DNA of 64,000 nucleotides from Erysipelotrichaceae bacterium (GTDB taxonomy: Bacteria > Bacillota_I > Bacilli_A > Acholeplasmatales > Anaeroplasmataceae): contig SVAZ01000006.1 of assembly GCA_015059145.1 (NCBI GenBank), forward strand, positions 2,268 to 66,267. The letters are read 5' to 3'. The translations under genes were made by a program, and so were the position numbers. The notes under the pieces were generated by a model that was given only the letters and a program-made list of their open reading frames with translations, was not told the DNA's origin and did no database searches. Each line of letters starts with the position of its first letter. Position 1 is the stretch's first letter. Shown in pieces: positions 29,539 through 39,797 of this stretch.

Positions 29539-30555
29539 TTACTTCATCACCTTATCAACAATTGGAGCAATTAATTTTAGCTTCTTCATCATATCATCAA
29601 ATGCCTTTGGCTTTAAGCTTTGAGCACCATCACACAACGCATGCTCAGGATCATTATGAACCTCTACTATAATACCATCAGCACCTACCGCAAGTGCAGC
29701 TTGACTTAATCCCTCTACCATACTCCATTTTCCTGCAGAATGTGAAGGGTCAATCACAACTGGTAGATGTGATAATTCCTTAACTGCTAATACTGCAGAT
29801 AAATCAAGTGTATTTCTAGTGTACTTCTCGAATGTTCTAATTCCGCGTTCACATAAAATAACCTTTTCATTTCCGCCAGCCATAATATATTCAGCAGCCA
29901 TTAACCATTCTTCAATAGTTGCAGATAAGCCCCTCTTTAATAAAATTGGCTTATCAATTTTTCCTAAGGCTTTTAACAAATGGAAATTTTGCATATTACG
30001 TGCACCAACTTGAATTATATCCACATCCTTAACAAATTGTGGGATCATATCCTCACTCATTATTTCTGTAATAATTGGCAAGCCGGTTTCCTTTCTAGCC
30101 TCCTTTAATAGCTCTAAGCCCTCTAGCTCTAAGCCTTGGAAAGCATATGGCGATGTTCTTGGCTTAAAAGCACCACCTCTTAATATATTAGCACCACTAG
30201 CCTTTACAGCATTAGCACATTCTAAAATTTGATCATGGTTTTCTACACTACATGGTCCAGCCATAACAGTGAAGTTCCCACCACCAATTTTAACTCCCTT
30301 AACATCAATAATTGTAGGGTCAGGGTGGAAAACCTTAGAAGCCTTTTTATATGGAGATTGAATTCTTGTAATTTCACCTACTGCCGGATTAGCATATAGT
30401 GCTCTTTCATCAATTTTTGATGTATCACCAATAACACCTAGTACCTTAAATGTTTCACCTGAGACATCCTTAACCTGTAATCCCATGTTAATTATCGTTT
30501 GTTTTAATCTTTCAAATTCCTCAACAGTAGTATTTTGCTTCGCTCTAATAATCAT
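29539..30555 (-). CDS. aroF: DAHP synthase type I-beta with N-terminal regulatory domain
   Basis: AGPCSVE, RGGAFKPRTSPY, GARNMQN, LKRG, ERGIRTF, DPSH. Confidence 0.96.
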   Translation of the reverse strand: MIIRAKQNTTVEEFERLKQTIINMGLQVKDVSGETFKVLGVIGDTSKIDERALYANPAVGEITRIQSPYKKASKVFHPDPTIIDVKGVKIGGGNFTVMAGPCSVENHDQILECANAVKASGANILRGGAFKPRTSPYAFQGLELEGLELLKEARKETGLPIITEIMSEDMIPQFVKDVDIIQVGARNMQNFHLLKALGKIDKPILLKRGLSATIEEWLMAAEYIMAGGNEKVILCERGIRTFEKYTRNTLDLSAVLAVKELSHLPVVIDPSHSAGKWSMVEGLSQAALAVGADGIIVEVHNDPEHALCDGAQSLKPKAFDDMMKKLKLIAPIVDKVMK

Positions 30556-30648
30556 TTATCTCACAAACCTTTCAATTTATCTAATAAATTTTTTATAATT
30601 CATTATTATATCACAAATCAACAAATATTCAATAAAAATACAAATCAA

Positions 30649-31470
30649 TTACTTGTAAATAAAACCAACACCTATAGTATTTGGGCCAAGCTGATAACCA
30701 ATTGCAGGAGCTATTGGGAACATCTTAAGCTTTTTAAATATTGGGTTTATTGCTAGTAGATCCTCCTCTAATAACTCAACATATCTAGATGATTTAGATG
30801 TATATAGTAAAAATGGTATTATTTCTCGATCATCATATTCAATATCAAGTAGCTTTAATAGCTTTTTATAGCCTGGAAGTCCTCGTTCATTTTCTAGTGT
30901 TACAAGTTCTCCATTTTCTAAAACCTTAACCTTACCCTTTTTATAATTCTTATTAAACGCTAGCCTTGATTCATTATATTTGTGCGTGAAAAAGCATATA
31001 AAATGATTCTTATTAATAAAATCTAATCTTTTAATAACATCATCAAGTGATGCACCCTTAGTAAACATATTATTTGCCTCAATAGCCATATATGCAAGTG
31101 GATATAATATCGTATCAGCATTGTATATATGACATAAAATATCCTTATTTTCAGATATCGCAATTGATATCGAAACATAAAGATTAGAAAAATCCTTAGG
31201 TGGAATTATAAATAAAACCTGTTCATACCCTTGCTTCTTGGCTTTTTGAATGCTATCACTAATATCTGAATAATTTTTAAACTCAGTTCTAACACGAGCC
31301 TTTTTATCCAATCTTATTCTATTATAAAAGGCATCAGTTGAAAAATCTATATAATCCTCATATTGCTCCTCATCAGAAAAAATTATCCTAACAGGAATAG
31401 GACTAATATTACTATTGTGTGAAACATAATCTATAGCTGAATTACTGCATACAAAAATCTTAGTCTTCAT
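30649..31470 (-). CDS. DegV-family fatty-acid binding protein, divergent
   Basis: N-terminal SAID...IPVRI, C-terminal IGYQLGPNTIGV. Confidence 0.8.
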   Translation of the reverse strand: MKTKIFVCSNSAIDYVSHNSNISPIPVRIIFSDEEQYEDYIDFSTDAFYNRIRLDKKARVRTEFKNYSDISDSIQKAKKQGYEQVLFIIPPKDFSNLYVSISIAISENKDILCHIYNADTILYPLAYMAIEANNMFTKGASLDDVIKRLDFINKNHFICFFTHKYNESRLAFNKNYKKGKVKVLENGELVTLENERGLPGYKKLLKLLDIEYDDREIIPFLLYTSKSSRYVELLEEDLLAINPIFKKLKMFPIAPAIGYQLGPNTIGVGFIYK

Positions 31471-31529
31471 AAAATCACCCTAATAGAAATTATAACACAA
31501 AAGAAAATAAATCCAAAACAAGTTTGGAT

Positions 31530-33293
31530 TTATTCTTTATTATTATATTGGCTATCATACATGTCTCTATATTGTAAGCAGTCTCTATATAGTGATTCGT
31601 GTGTACCTTTTCCTACAATCCTTCCACTATCTAATACAATTATTTCATCTGCATTTTTAATAGTTGATAATCTGTGAGCAATAATAAACGATGTTCTATC
31701 CTTTGCGACAATGTCCATCGCATTTTTTATTTTAGCCTCTGTATCACTATCAATATTTGCAGTAGCCTCATCTAATACTAATATTTTAGGATTTCTAAGA
31801 AGTATTCTTGCAAACGCAATTAGCTGCTTCTCACCTAAAGATAAATTATCACCCTTAAATGTTATAGGCATATCTAATCCATATTCTGTCTTATTAAGCA
31901 TATAGCCTGCACCTACAGCGTTTAATACATTGATAATTTCTTCATCAGTATATATATCCCTTTCCATAGTTAGGTTTGTTCTAAGGGTACCTGCGAATAA
32001 CGCTGGTGTTTGTAATACAATACCTAGGTTTCTTCTATATGATGCCTTATTGTATCGCTTAATATCAACACCATCTACTAATAGCGATCCCTCTTGATAA
32101 TCGTTATATGCAAGCAATAAATTCATCATAGATGATTTACCGCTTCCGGTATGACCAACAATACCAATAGTCTTTCCAGCCTCAACATGAAGTGAAACAT
32201 CATCTAAAACATATTTATTATCAACATAAGCGAATCTAATGTTTTTAAATTCAACCTCACCCTTAATAACATCTGGAGCATCATCTCCATCTAATGTTCT
32301 AGTATCATTTTCCTCATCGATAAATAAGAAGGCTCTAGTAGCACCTACCATCGAATCCTCAAGCTCATTTAGATTTTGGAAAATAGCATTAATAGGATTA
32401 ATCATCTTATCTAGGTTTTCACTAAATGCTGATATTAAACCAACTGTTAATATTACTCCACCCACCTCTAGTGATGAGAAGCCTAGGAACATCAACAATG
32501 TAATTTCGGCTGCACGCTTGATTAAAGATAGAAGCTCCCAACCAAAATAAATATTAATAGTTGCTGCCTTTCTATCATTTTTCACATAGGTATTAACCAA
32601 GTCCTTATAATCTCCAAGCATTTCTTCCTCTTGATTAAAGTCCTGAATAATTAAAGCTCCTGAAATAAGCTCATTAAGCTTACCTGTTATACGTGAGCCA
32701 GTTTCTCTTGTTTCTACAAAATATTTATGAACCTTTTTGCGATATAATGTTATCCATAATGATAATATTGGAATTAATGCTAATATTAATAAGCCAAGCT
32801 TTGGCTCTAATATAATAACACCAACATATACAATTGCAATATTTAATAGTGCATTAAATATAGAAAACATTGTCATATAGAACACTCTTACACCAGCACT
32901 ATCATTTGTAATTTTCGCAACTATTTTACCATCTGGCTCTAATGAATAATAATCTACAGCTAGGTAATTGATTTTCTTAATTGCATCCTCACGAACTCTA
33001 CGCTCGATATGCATACCTGTTAAAGTATGAATGTATTGATAAATATATCTGAATACTACAATTATAAAAATAATTACACCATAAATTATTAATGCCTTAA
33101 CAATCTTAGAATATTCACCTAAAGGTAAGAATTCATCTAGGATTGCCTTTGTTATAAACGGAGTAAAGGCAGATAATACCGCAACTATTAAGCTACTAAT
33201 AATAGTTAGGATAAATAACCAAAATTCCTTTTTTAGATAAGGAAGAGTCTTTCTAAACAAAACCTTCTTAGTAAGATTTTCGTGTCTTGCCAT
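31530..33293 (-). CDS. ABC exporter subunit (BmrD/YheH-like)
   Basis: TMD plus GHTGSGKS, LSLGEKQ, LVLDEAT. Confidence 0.92.
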   Translation of the reverse strand: MARHENLTKKVLFRKTLPYLKKEFWLFILTIISSLIVAVLSAFTPFITKAILDEFLPLGEYSKIVKALIIYGVIIFIIVVFRYIYQYIHTLTGMHIERRVREDAIKKINYLAVDYYSLEPDGKIVAKITNDSAGVRVFYMTMFSIFNALLNIAIVYVGVIILEPKLGLLILALIPILSLWITLYRKKVHKYFVETRETGSRITGKLNELISGALIIQDFNQEEEMLGDYKDLVNTYVKNDRKAATINIYFGWELLSLIKRAAEITLLMFLGFSSLEVGGVILTVGLISAFSENLDKMINPINAIFQNLNELEDSMVGATRAFLFIDEENDTRTLDGDDAPDVIKGEVEFKNIRFAYVDNKYVLDDVSLHVEAGKTIGIVGHTGSGKSSMMNLLLAYNDYQEGSLLVDGVDIKRYNKASYRRNLGIVLQTPALFAGTLRTNLTMERDIYTDEEIINVLNAVGAGYMLNKTEYGLDMPITFKGDNLSLGEKQLIAFARILLRNPKILVLDEATANIDSDTEAKIKNAMDIVAKDRTSFIIAHRLSTIKNADEIIVLDSGRIVGKGTHESLYRDCLQYRDMYDSQYNNKE

Positions 33294-33294
33294 A

Positions 33295-35049
33295 CTAATC
33301 AGCCTCCTTATCTTTATTCATTTGTTGTGATATAAATTGGTCGTGGTACCAGCCACCCTTAGCCATAAGCTCTGAATGTCTACCTCTTTCCACAATACTA
33401 CCATTATCTAAAACTATGATTTCATCTGCATGCATTACAGCAGATAATCTATGAGCAACAATAATGTTAGTTTTCTTAGCTCTATATTTTTTAAGTGTAT
33501 CAATAATATTAGCCTCAGTCTTACCATCTACTGCTGATAAGGAATCATCTAAAACTAAAACATCTGAATCCTTAATAAACGCACGTGCAATTGAAAGACG
33601 TTGCTTTTGTCCACCTGATAATGTAACACCATATTCACCTACAACAGTATCTAATCCTTCTGGTAGATTAACAATATCCTTTTTGAAATCAGCAAGCTCA
33701 ATTGCCACCTGAACATCCTCATCAGTTGAACCAATGCTACCTAATGCGACATTTTCCTCAACTGTTCTAGAGAACAATACATGCTCCTGTGGAACATAGC
33801 CTACTCTACTTCTAACTGTCTCCTGTTCAAAGCTTTCAATAGGCTCGTTATTAATAAATAAGGTACCTTCACAAATAGGACGCTGTCTAACTAATTGCTT
33901 TACAAGTGTAGACTTACCACTACCAGTATGTCCAACTATTCCTATTGTTTGACCTTGATTAATTGTTAAATTAATATTTTTTAAAACGTCTGAGTTATCT
34001 CCATCATATCTAAATGAAAAATTCTTAAATTCAATCTTCTTAACATTATCAAGCTCTCTTGCATCATCATTATCAATAACTGTACTTTTTGAATTATAAA
34101 CCTCATTTAATCTATCAGCAGAAATTAAAGACTGATAGAAATTATTTAATAAATTACCAATATTTGTTAATGGCGATTGGAATAAATTTAAATACATTAC
34201 AAATTGAATTAGCATTGCAATAGTAAAGGCTTCTGAATCTAAATAATAAAAATAAGCTCCTAAGCCATAGCAAACAATTGTTGATATGGCAGCAATAGAT
34301 TGAAACATTGGTTGAAATATTACATTGATTTTTAAATTCGCATGCTCTACCTGATATGCAGCCTTTGAATATTGTAGATTTTTTCTATAATTCTCCTCTT
34401 CCTTTGAAAAGGCTCTAATAGTTCTAACATTAGTAACACTTTCTAATACCACATTACTTAGCTCAGCATGTTTCTCTCTAACAAATTTCCAATTCTTTTT
34501 TACCTTAGCTCTTAAGAAGAAATTTGCAAAGAATATTAGCGTTAATGGTAGGAAGCAGCACACTGCTAATATAGGATGGATTAAAATTAATGCTATAAAG
34601 GTTACGATAACCGTTAATAGCTCATATAAAATATTTAATAGTCTATTACCAGCACTAAATTTAACAGTCGCAATATCTCCTAAGGCTCTAGATAATAAAT
34701 CACCTGTTTGAAATCTTTCAAAGAATGTTGCATCCTGAACTAGGATATTTTCCATATATCTTAATTGAAGCTCTCTGTATACTGTAGTAGTTAATCTATT
34801 TTGTGATAGCCTTCTACTAGTTGAGGCTAAATACATCGCTAATACTGTTAATATATAAGGTATCAAAATTGTAAATATTAAGAACTCATAAGTAATCGCA
34901 TTATCCTGAATACCCTGAGTAAGCCTTGCAATGATTGTTGCCGGTATTAAATTTATAAATGGGATGATAAAACTAAAAAATAGTACAAGAATATATCTGT
35001 ACCAATGCTTCTTTACTATCCACCACATACTTTTAACAAAGCTCAACAT
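33295..35049 (-). CDS. ABC exporter subunit (BmrC/YheI-like, degenerate Walker B)
   Basis: TMD plus GHTGSGKS, LSGGQKQR, VLDDSLS; heterodimer partner of the adjacent gene. Confidence 0.92.
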   Translation of the reverse strand: MLSFVKSMWWIVKKHWYRYILVLFFSFIIPFINLIPATIIARLTQGIQDNAITYEFLIFTILIPYILTVLAMYLASTSRRLSQNRLTTTVYRELQLRYMENILVQDATFFERFQTGDLLSRALGDIATVKFSAGNRLLNILYELLTVIVTFIALILIHPILAVCCFLPLTLIFFANFFLRAKVKKNWKFVREKHAELSNVVLESVTNVRTIRAFSKEEENYRKNLQYSKAAYQVEHANLKINVIFQPMFQSIAAISTIVCYGLGAYFYYLDSEAFTIAMLIQFVMYLNLFQSPLTNIGNLLNNFYQSLISADRLNEVYNSKSTVIDNDDARELDNVKKIEFKNFSFRYDGDNSDVLKNINLTINQGQTIGIVGHTGSGKSTLVKQLVRQRPICEGTLFINNEPIESFEQETVRSRVGYVPQEHVLFSRTVEENVALGSIGSTDEDVQVAIELADFKKDIVNLPEGLDTVVGEYGVTLSGGQKQRLSIARAFIKDSDVLVLDDSLSAVDGKTEANIIDTLKKYRAKKTNIIVAHRLSAVMHADEIIVLDNGSIVERGRHSELMAKGGWYHDQFISQQMNKDKEAD

Positions 35050-35133
35050 AATATCACCGCACTTTACATTTTTTATTATATTCCAATTAAAATATTTGTT
35101 AAGGAAAAATTAACACAATAAATAAAAGAAGCC

Positions 35134-35967
35134 TCAGCAGCTTCTTTTACTTTTTAATAATTCAATTTCTTCCTTATATCCTTCAATTTCATTAGGAGTT
35201 TCTAAATAAAATGGAAGGCTTTTAAGCTTTGGATGATTAATGATTCTTACTATTGCATCTAACCCAATAGTACCCTCTCCTATTTTCTCATGTCTATCCT
35301 TATTAGATGCAAATGGCATTTTAGAATCATTTAAATGAATTGCCTTTAGCTTATCTAATCCAATAATTCTATCAAACTCATCTAGCACCTCGTCTAGATT
35401 ATTTATTATATCATAGCCCGCAGAATAAACATGACATGTGTCTAAGCATACACCAAGCTTTTCCTTATAATTAACCTTAGAAATTATTTCTGCAATTTCT
35501 TCAAAGCTTCTACCTATCTCAGAGCCCTTTCCAGCCATAAGCTCTAATACGATTGTAGTTTTCATTTCTGGATAGATGATTTCATTTAATATCTCTACAA
35601 TCTGATTTATACCTACATCAACACCTTGACCTGTATGACTACCAGGATGAAAATTATATAAAGCGTTAGGGAAGTTCTCTAAATTCTTAATATCATCTCT
35701 AAAGCACATTCTTGCGAACTCTCTAATATCTGGATTAGATGAGCAGGCATTAAGAGTATATGGAGCATGGCATAATAATCCTTCTATATTGTTCTCTTTA
35801 GCATATTCCATAAATCCTTCAAAATCCTTTTGATCCCAAGCCTTAGCCTTTCCACCCTGTGGATTCCTAGAGAAATATTGATATGTATTTCCACCTATTG
35901 AAATTATTTCCTTAGCAGCCTTTAAAAAACCATTAGAAATAGATAAATGACAACCTATTTTAAACAT
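35134..35967 (-). CDS. nfo: Endonuclease IV
   Basis: [38 protein letters not shown]. Confidence 0.97.
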   Translation of the reverse strand: MFKIGCHLSISNGFLKAAKEIISIGGNTYQYFSRNPQGGKAKAWDQKDFEGFMEYAKENNIEGLLCHAPYTLNACSSNPDIREFARMCFRDDIKNLENFPNALYNFHPGSHTGQGVDVGINQIVEILNEIIYPEMKTTIVLELMAGKGSEIGRSFEEIAEIISKVNYKEKLGVCLDTCHVYSAGYDIINNLDEVLDEFDRIIGLDKLKAIHLNDSKMPFASNKDRHEKIGEGTIGLDAIVRIINHPKLKSLPFYLETPNEIEGYKEEIELLKSKRSC

Positions 35968-36074
35968 ACATTATACCTCATGATTATAATCTTTAATATG
36001 ATTTTATCACAAACAAAAAAAGAATAAAATAAAAAAATGCCTTGCATTTTCATGCAAAGCATTTTAATTAAATA

Positions 36075-39000
36075 TTACTTGTTTGGATATTCAATCTCAG
36101 ATAAACGCTTGTAGTTAGCATAACGCTTTTGAGCATCCTTAAGGTTAGTCTCGAATAAGCATTGAGCCTCTTCAGGATTTGCCTTAACTAATTGAGCATA
36201 ACGACCTTCATTTAATAAGAAGTCATTATACTTAGTCCAATCTGGCTCCTTAGAATCTAATTGCATTGGATTCTTGCCTTCCTTAGCTAAATCTGGATTA
36301 TATCTGAATGTTGGCCAGTAACCACATTCTGTAGCCTTCTTAGCCTCCATTTGGCTCATGAATAAGCCCTTCTTAATATTGTGAGCAATACATGGAGCAT
36401 AACAAATAACGATTGATGGACCATTATAAGCTTCTGCTTCCTTTAATGCCTTAATAACTTGATTTTGGTTATAACCATGAGAAACTGTAGCTACATATAC
36501 ATGTCCATAAGACATTGCGATAGAAGCTAAATCCTTCTTGAATGTTGGCTTACCAGCTGCAGCGAACTTAGCGATAGCACCTGTTCTAGAAGACTTAGAT
36601 GCTTGACCACCTGTGTTAGAGTAAACCTCTGTATCTACAACCAAAATATTAACATCTTGGTTATTAGCAATAACATGGTCTAAACCACCGTAACCGATAT
36701 CGTAAGCCCAACCATCACCACCGATAATCCATTGAGAAACCTTAACTAGGTAATCCTTTAATGATAAGATTTCCTTAGCATATGGAGCATTAATAGCCTC
36801 CATAGCACTAACGATTTGTGGAGCTAATTCCTTAGTTACTAAGCCACTGTTTCTATTTTCAATCCACTTAGTACATAAGTCAGCAACCTCAGCAGGCATT
36901 GCATCCTTGTTAAGAGCCATTACAGTTTGTAATCTGTCTCTTAATGTTTCAACAGCCATTCTCATACCGAAGCCGAATTCAGCATTATCCTCGAATAATG
37001 AGTTAGCCCAAGCTGGTCCGCGACCTTCAGCATTTGTAGTATATGGTGAAGATGGATAAGAACCAGAGTAGATTGATGTACAACCTGTAGCATTAGCTAC
37101 CATCATTCTATCACCAAATAATTGAGATACAGCCTTAACGTATGGAGTTTCACCACATCCACCACAAGCTCCAGAGAACTCGAATAATGGTTGAGCGAAT
37201 TGTACGTTCTTAGCATTATTTAAACCAGCAACATCACTCTTGTATGTTACATTGTTAGCGAAATAATCAAATACACCATGCTCGTTATTAGCACGAGATT
37301 GAGCCATTGTATGGCTTACTAATGCAGGAGACTTAACTGGATTACCATCAGCATCCTTCTTAGGCTTACCTGGACAAACTGTTAAACATACACCACAGCC
37401 AGTACAGTCTAATGTAGAAATAGCAAGTGAATACTTATAACCCTTGAATCCTGTTGCCTCTAAGAATTGAGCCTCCTTAGGAGCATTTGCAACCTCTTCC
37501 TCTGTGCATAAGAATGGACGGATACATGCATGTGGACAAACAAATGCACATTGGTTACATTGAATACAGTTATCAGAAAGCCACTCAGGAACATCAGTAG
37601 CTACACCACGCTTTTCGTATGCAGCAGTACCTTGAGGCATATGACAGTCATCACCAAACTTAGCAAATGTAGATAATGGTAATGAATCACCCTTAATAGC
37701 ATTAATTACGTCAGCAATTTCTCTTACGAATTGAGGACGAGACATATCCACAGTCTTAACCTCATCAGTTAGGTTAGCCCATTCAGGCTTAACTTGAACC
37801 TCAACAAGTCTATCGCCGCCCATATCAATTGCCTTATGATTTTGATCTACTACATCTTGACCCTTCTTAATATAAGTCTTTGTAGCAAATTCCTTCATAT
37901 GTTGCTTAGCTTCTTCGAAGTCCATGATTTGTTCATTTAGTTTGAAGAATGCAGATTGCATAATTGTATTAACACCTAAACCAGCACGGAATCCACATTC
38001 TCTTGCTGCTGCATTAGCAGCGATAATGTAGAACTTAGCATTCTTTTGAGCTAATAATCTCTTATACTTGTTAGGTAATCTATTTTCGATATTATCCTTA
38101 TCAACAACTGTATTTAATAAGAATGTACCACCATCACGTAAACCATCGATCATATCGAACTTATCTAAATAAGCATCTAATGAACAAGATACAAAGTGTG
38201 GTTGGTTAACTAAGTAAGTTGAACGAATTGGCTTCTTAGAGAAACGTAAATGTAATCTTGTAGAACCACCTGACTTCTTAGAGTCATATGCTGCATAGCT
38301 TTGAGAATAGAAATCTGTATAGTCACCTACAATCTTAGCAATGTTCTTACATGCACCTACAGTACCATCTGAACCTAAACCGAAGAATAATAATTCTGTA
38401 GTTGAAGGATCAGCTACGTCGATAGCTGGACCTAAAGGTAATGACTTATTATCAATATCATCAACGATACCAACAACGAAATGATCCATTGGTTCAGCCT
38501 TTTCTAGGTTAGTAAATACTGCATGGATGCATTGAGGAGTTGTATCCTTTGAAGATAAACCATAACGACCACCAACAATAATTGGAGCGTTCTTCTTTCC
38601 ATAATAAACTGATTGAACATCTAAGCATAAAGGCTCATATAAAGCACCTTGCTCAATTGTTCTATCTAATACAGCAATCTTCTTTGCTGTTTGAGGCATA
38701 GCTGCTAAGAACTTAGCAGTATCAAATGGACGGTAAACATGAACCTTTACCATACCAACCTTTTCACCCTTTGCTGTTAAGTAATCAATTACTTCCTCAG
38801 CACATTCAGTAACAGAACCCATAGCAACGATTACTCTTTCAGCATCCTTAGCTCCATAGTAATCAAATGCCTTATATGTACGACCTGTAACCTTACCGAT
38901 TTCAGCCATATAATATTCAGCTGTATCTACAACATTTGTATACTTCTTAGCTTGTAACTCTCTAGTTTGGAAATATACGTCGTCATTTTGAGCAGTACCA

Positions 39001-39653
39001 CGAGTCTTAGGATGAGCTGGATTTAATGCATCTGCTCTAAACTTAGCTACTGCTTCTCTATCTAATAATTTATCAAATACTTCATAATCAACTGGATGAA
39101 TAGTATTAACTTCGTGAGAAGTTCTAAATCCATCAAAGAAGTGTAGGAATGGAATTCCAGTCTTAATTGCAGTTAAGTGTGCAACACCTGCTAAATCCAT
39201 GACCTCTTGAACTGAACCAGCACATAGCATAGCAAAACCAGTTTGACGACAAGCCATAACATCTTGGTGGTCACCGAAGATTGCTAATGATTGTGCAGCA
39301 ATTGTACGTGCAGAAACATGAATAACACCTGGTAAGCATTCACCAGCAATTTTATACATGTTTGGAATTTTTAATAATAAACCTTGTGATGCAGTATATG
39401 TAGTAGTTAATGCACCAGCTTGTAAAGATCCGTGTACTGTACCAGCAGCACCAGCCTCAGATTGCATTTCAACAATCTTAACAGGCATTCCAAATAAGTT
39501 TTTCTTTCCTTGAGCAGCCCATTCATCTGTATACTCAGCCATTGGTGATGAAGGAGTAATAGGATAAATACCAGCTACCTCTGTGAAGGCATAAGATGAA
39601 TATGCAGCAGCATAGTTACCATCTATGGCCATTCTTTTTATTTCTTTGCTCAT
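36075..39653 (-). CDS. nifJ: Pyruvate:ferredoxin oxidoreductase
   Basis: YPITPSS, EMQSEAGAAG, CIQCNQC, CTGCGVC, GACGGCGE, GGDGWAYDIG. Confidence 0.98.
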   Translation of the reverse strand: MSKEIKRMAIDGNYAAAYSSYAFTEVAGIYPITPSSPMAEYTDEWAAQGKKNLFGMPVKIVEMQSEAGAAGTVHGSLQAGALTTTYTASQGLLLKIPNMYKIAGECLPGVIHVSARTIAAQSLAIFGDHQDVMACRQTGFAMLCAGSVQEVMDLAGVAHLTAIKTGIPFLHFFDGFRTSHEVNTIHPVDYEVFDKLLDREAVAKFRADALNPAHPKTRGTAQNDDVYFQTRELQAKKYTNVVDTAEYYMAEIGKVTGRTYKAFDYYGAKDAERVIVAMGSVTECAEEVIDYLTAKGEKVGMVKVHVYRPFDTAKFLAAMPQTAKKIAVLDRTIEQGALYEPLCLDVQSVYYGKKNAPIIVGGRYGLSSKDTTPQCIHAVFTNLEKAEPMDHFVVGIVDDIDNKSLPLGPAIDVADPSTTELLFFGLGSDGTVGACKNIAKIVGDYTDFYSQSYAAYDSKKSGGSTRLHLRFSKKPIRSTYLVNQPHFVSCSLDAYLDKFDMIDGLRDGGTFLLNTVVDKDNIENRLPNKYKRLLAQKNAKFYIIAANAAARECGFRAGLGVNTIMQSAFFKLNEQIMDFEEAKQHMKEFATKTYIKKGQDVVDQNHKAIDMGGDRLVEVQVKPEWANLTDEVKTVDMSRPQFVREIADVINAIKGDSLPLSTFAKFGDDCHMPQGTAAYEKRGVATDVPEWLSDNCIQCNQCAFVCPHACIRPFLCTEEEVANAPKEAQFLEATGFKGYKYSLAISTLDCTGCGVCLTVCPGKPKKDADGNPVKSPALVSHTMAQSRANNEHGVFDYFANNVTYKSDVAGLNNAKNVQFAQPLFEFSGACGGCGETPYVKAVSQLFGDRMMVANATGCTSIYSGSYPSSPYTTNAEGRGPAWANSLFEDNAEFGFGMRMAVETLRDRLQTVMALNKDAMPAEVADLCTKWIENRNSGLVTKELAPQIVSAMEAINAPYAKEILSLKDYLVKVSQWIIGGDGWAYDIGYGGLDHVIANNQDVNILVVDTEVYSNTGGQASKSSRTGAIAKFAAAGKPTFKKDLASIAMSYGHVYVATVSHGYNQNQVIKALKEAEAYNGPSIVICYAPCIAHNIKKGLFMSQMEAKKATECGYWPTFRYNPDLAKEGKNPMQLDSKEPDWTKYNDFLLNEGRYAQLVKANPEEAQCLFETNLKDAQKRYANYKRLSEIEYPNK

Positions 39654-39797
39654 TTTTTTCCCTCCTAATGAGTTATATTTCCATCATTTCTTATTATAAA
39701 ACTTTTGACAAAAATAATCAATAACTTAAGCACCTAAAACAATTAAAAAAGGAATGATAATTTGTGTTTCATCATTCCTCTATTTTTATATTCTACA

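Noticed and set aside
39699-39716. Possible Rex box upstream of PFOR (minus strand TTGTCAAAAGTTTTATAA)
   Set aside because: Three mismatches to the 14 informative positions in AT-rich DNA, overlapping the -10; not distinguishable from chance.
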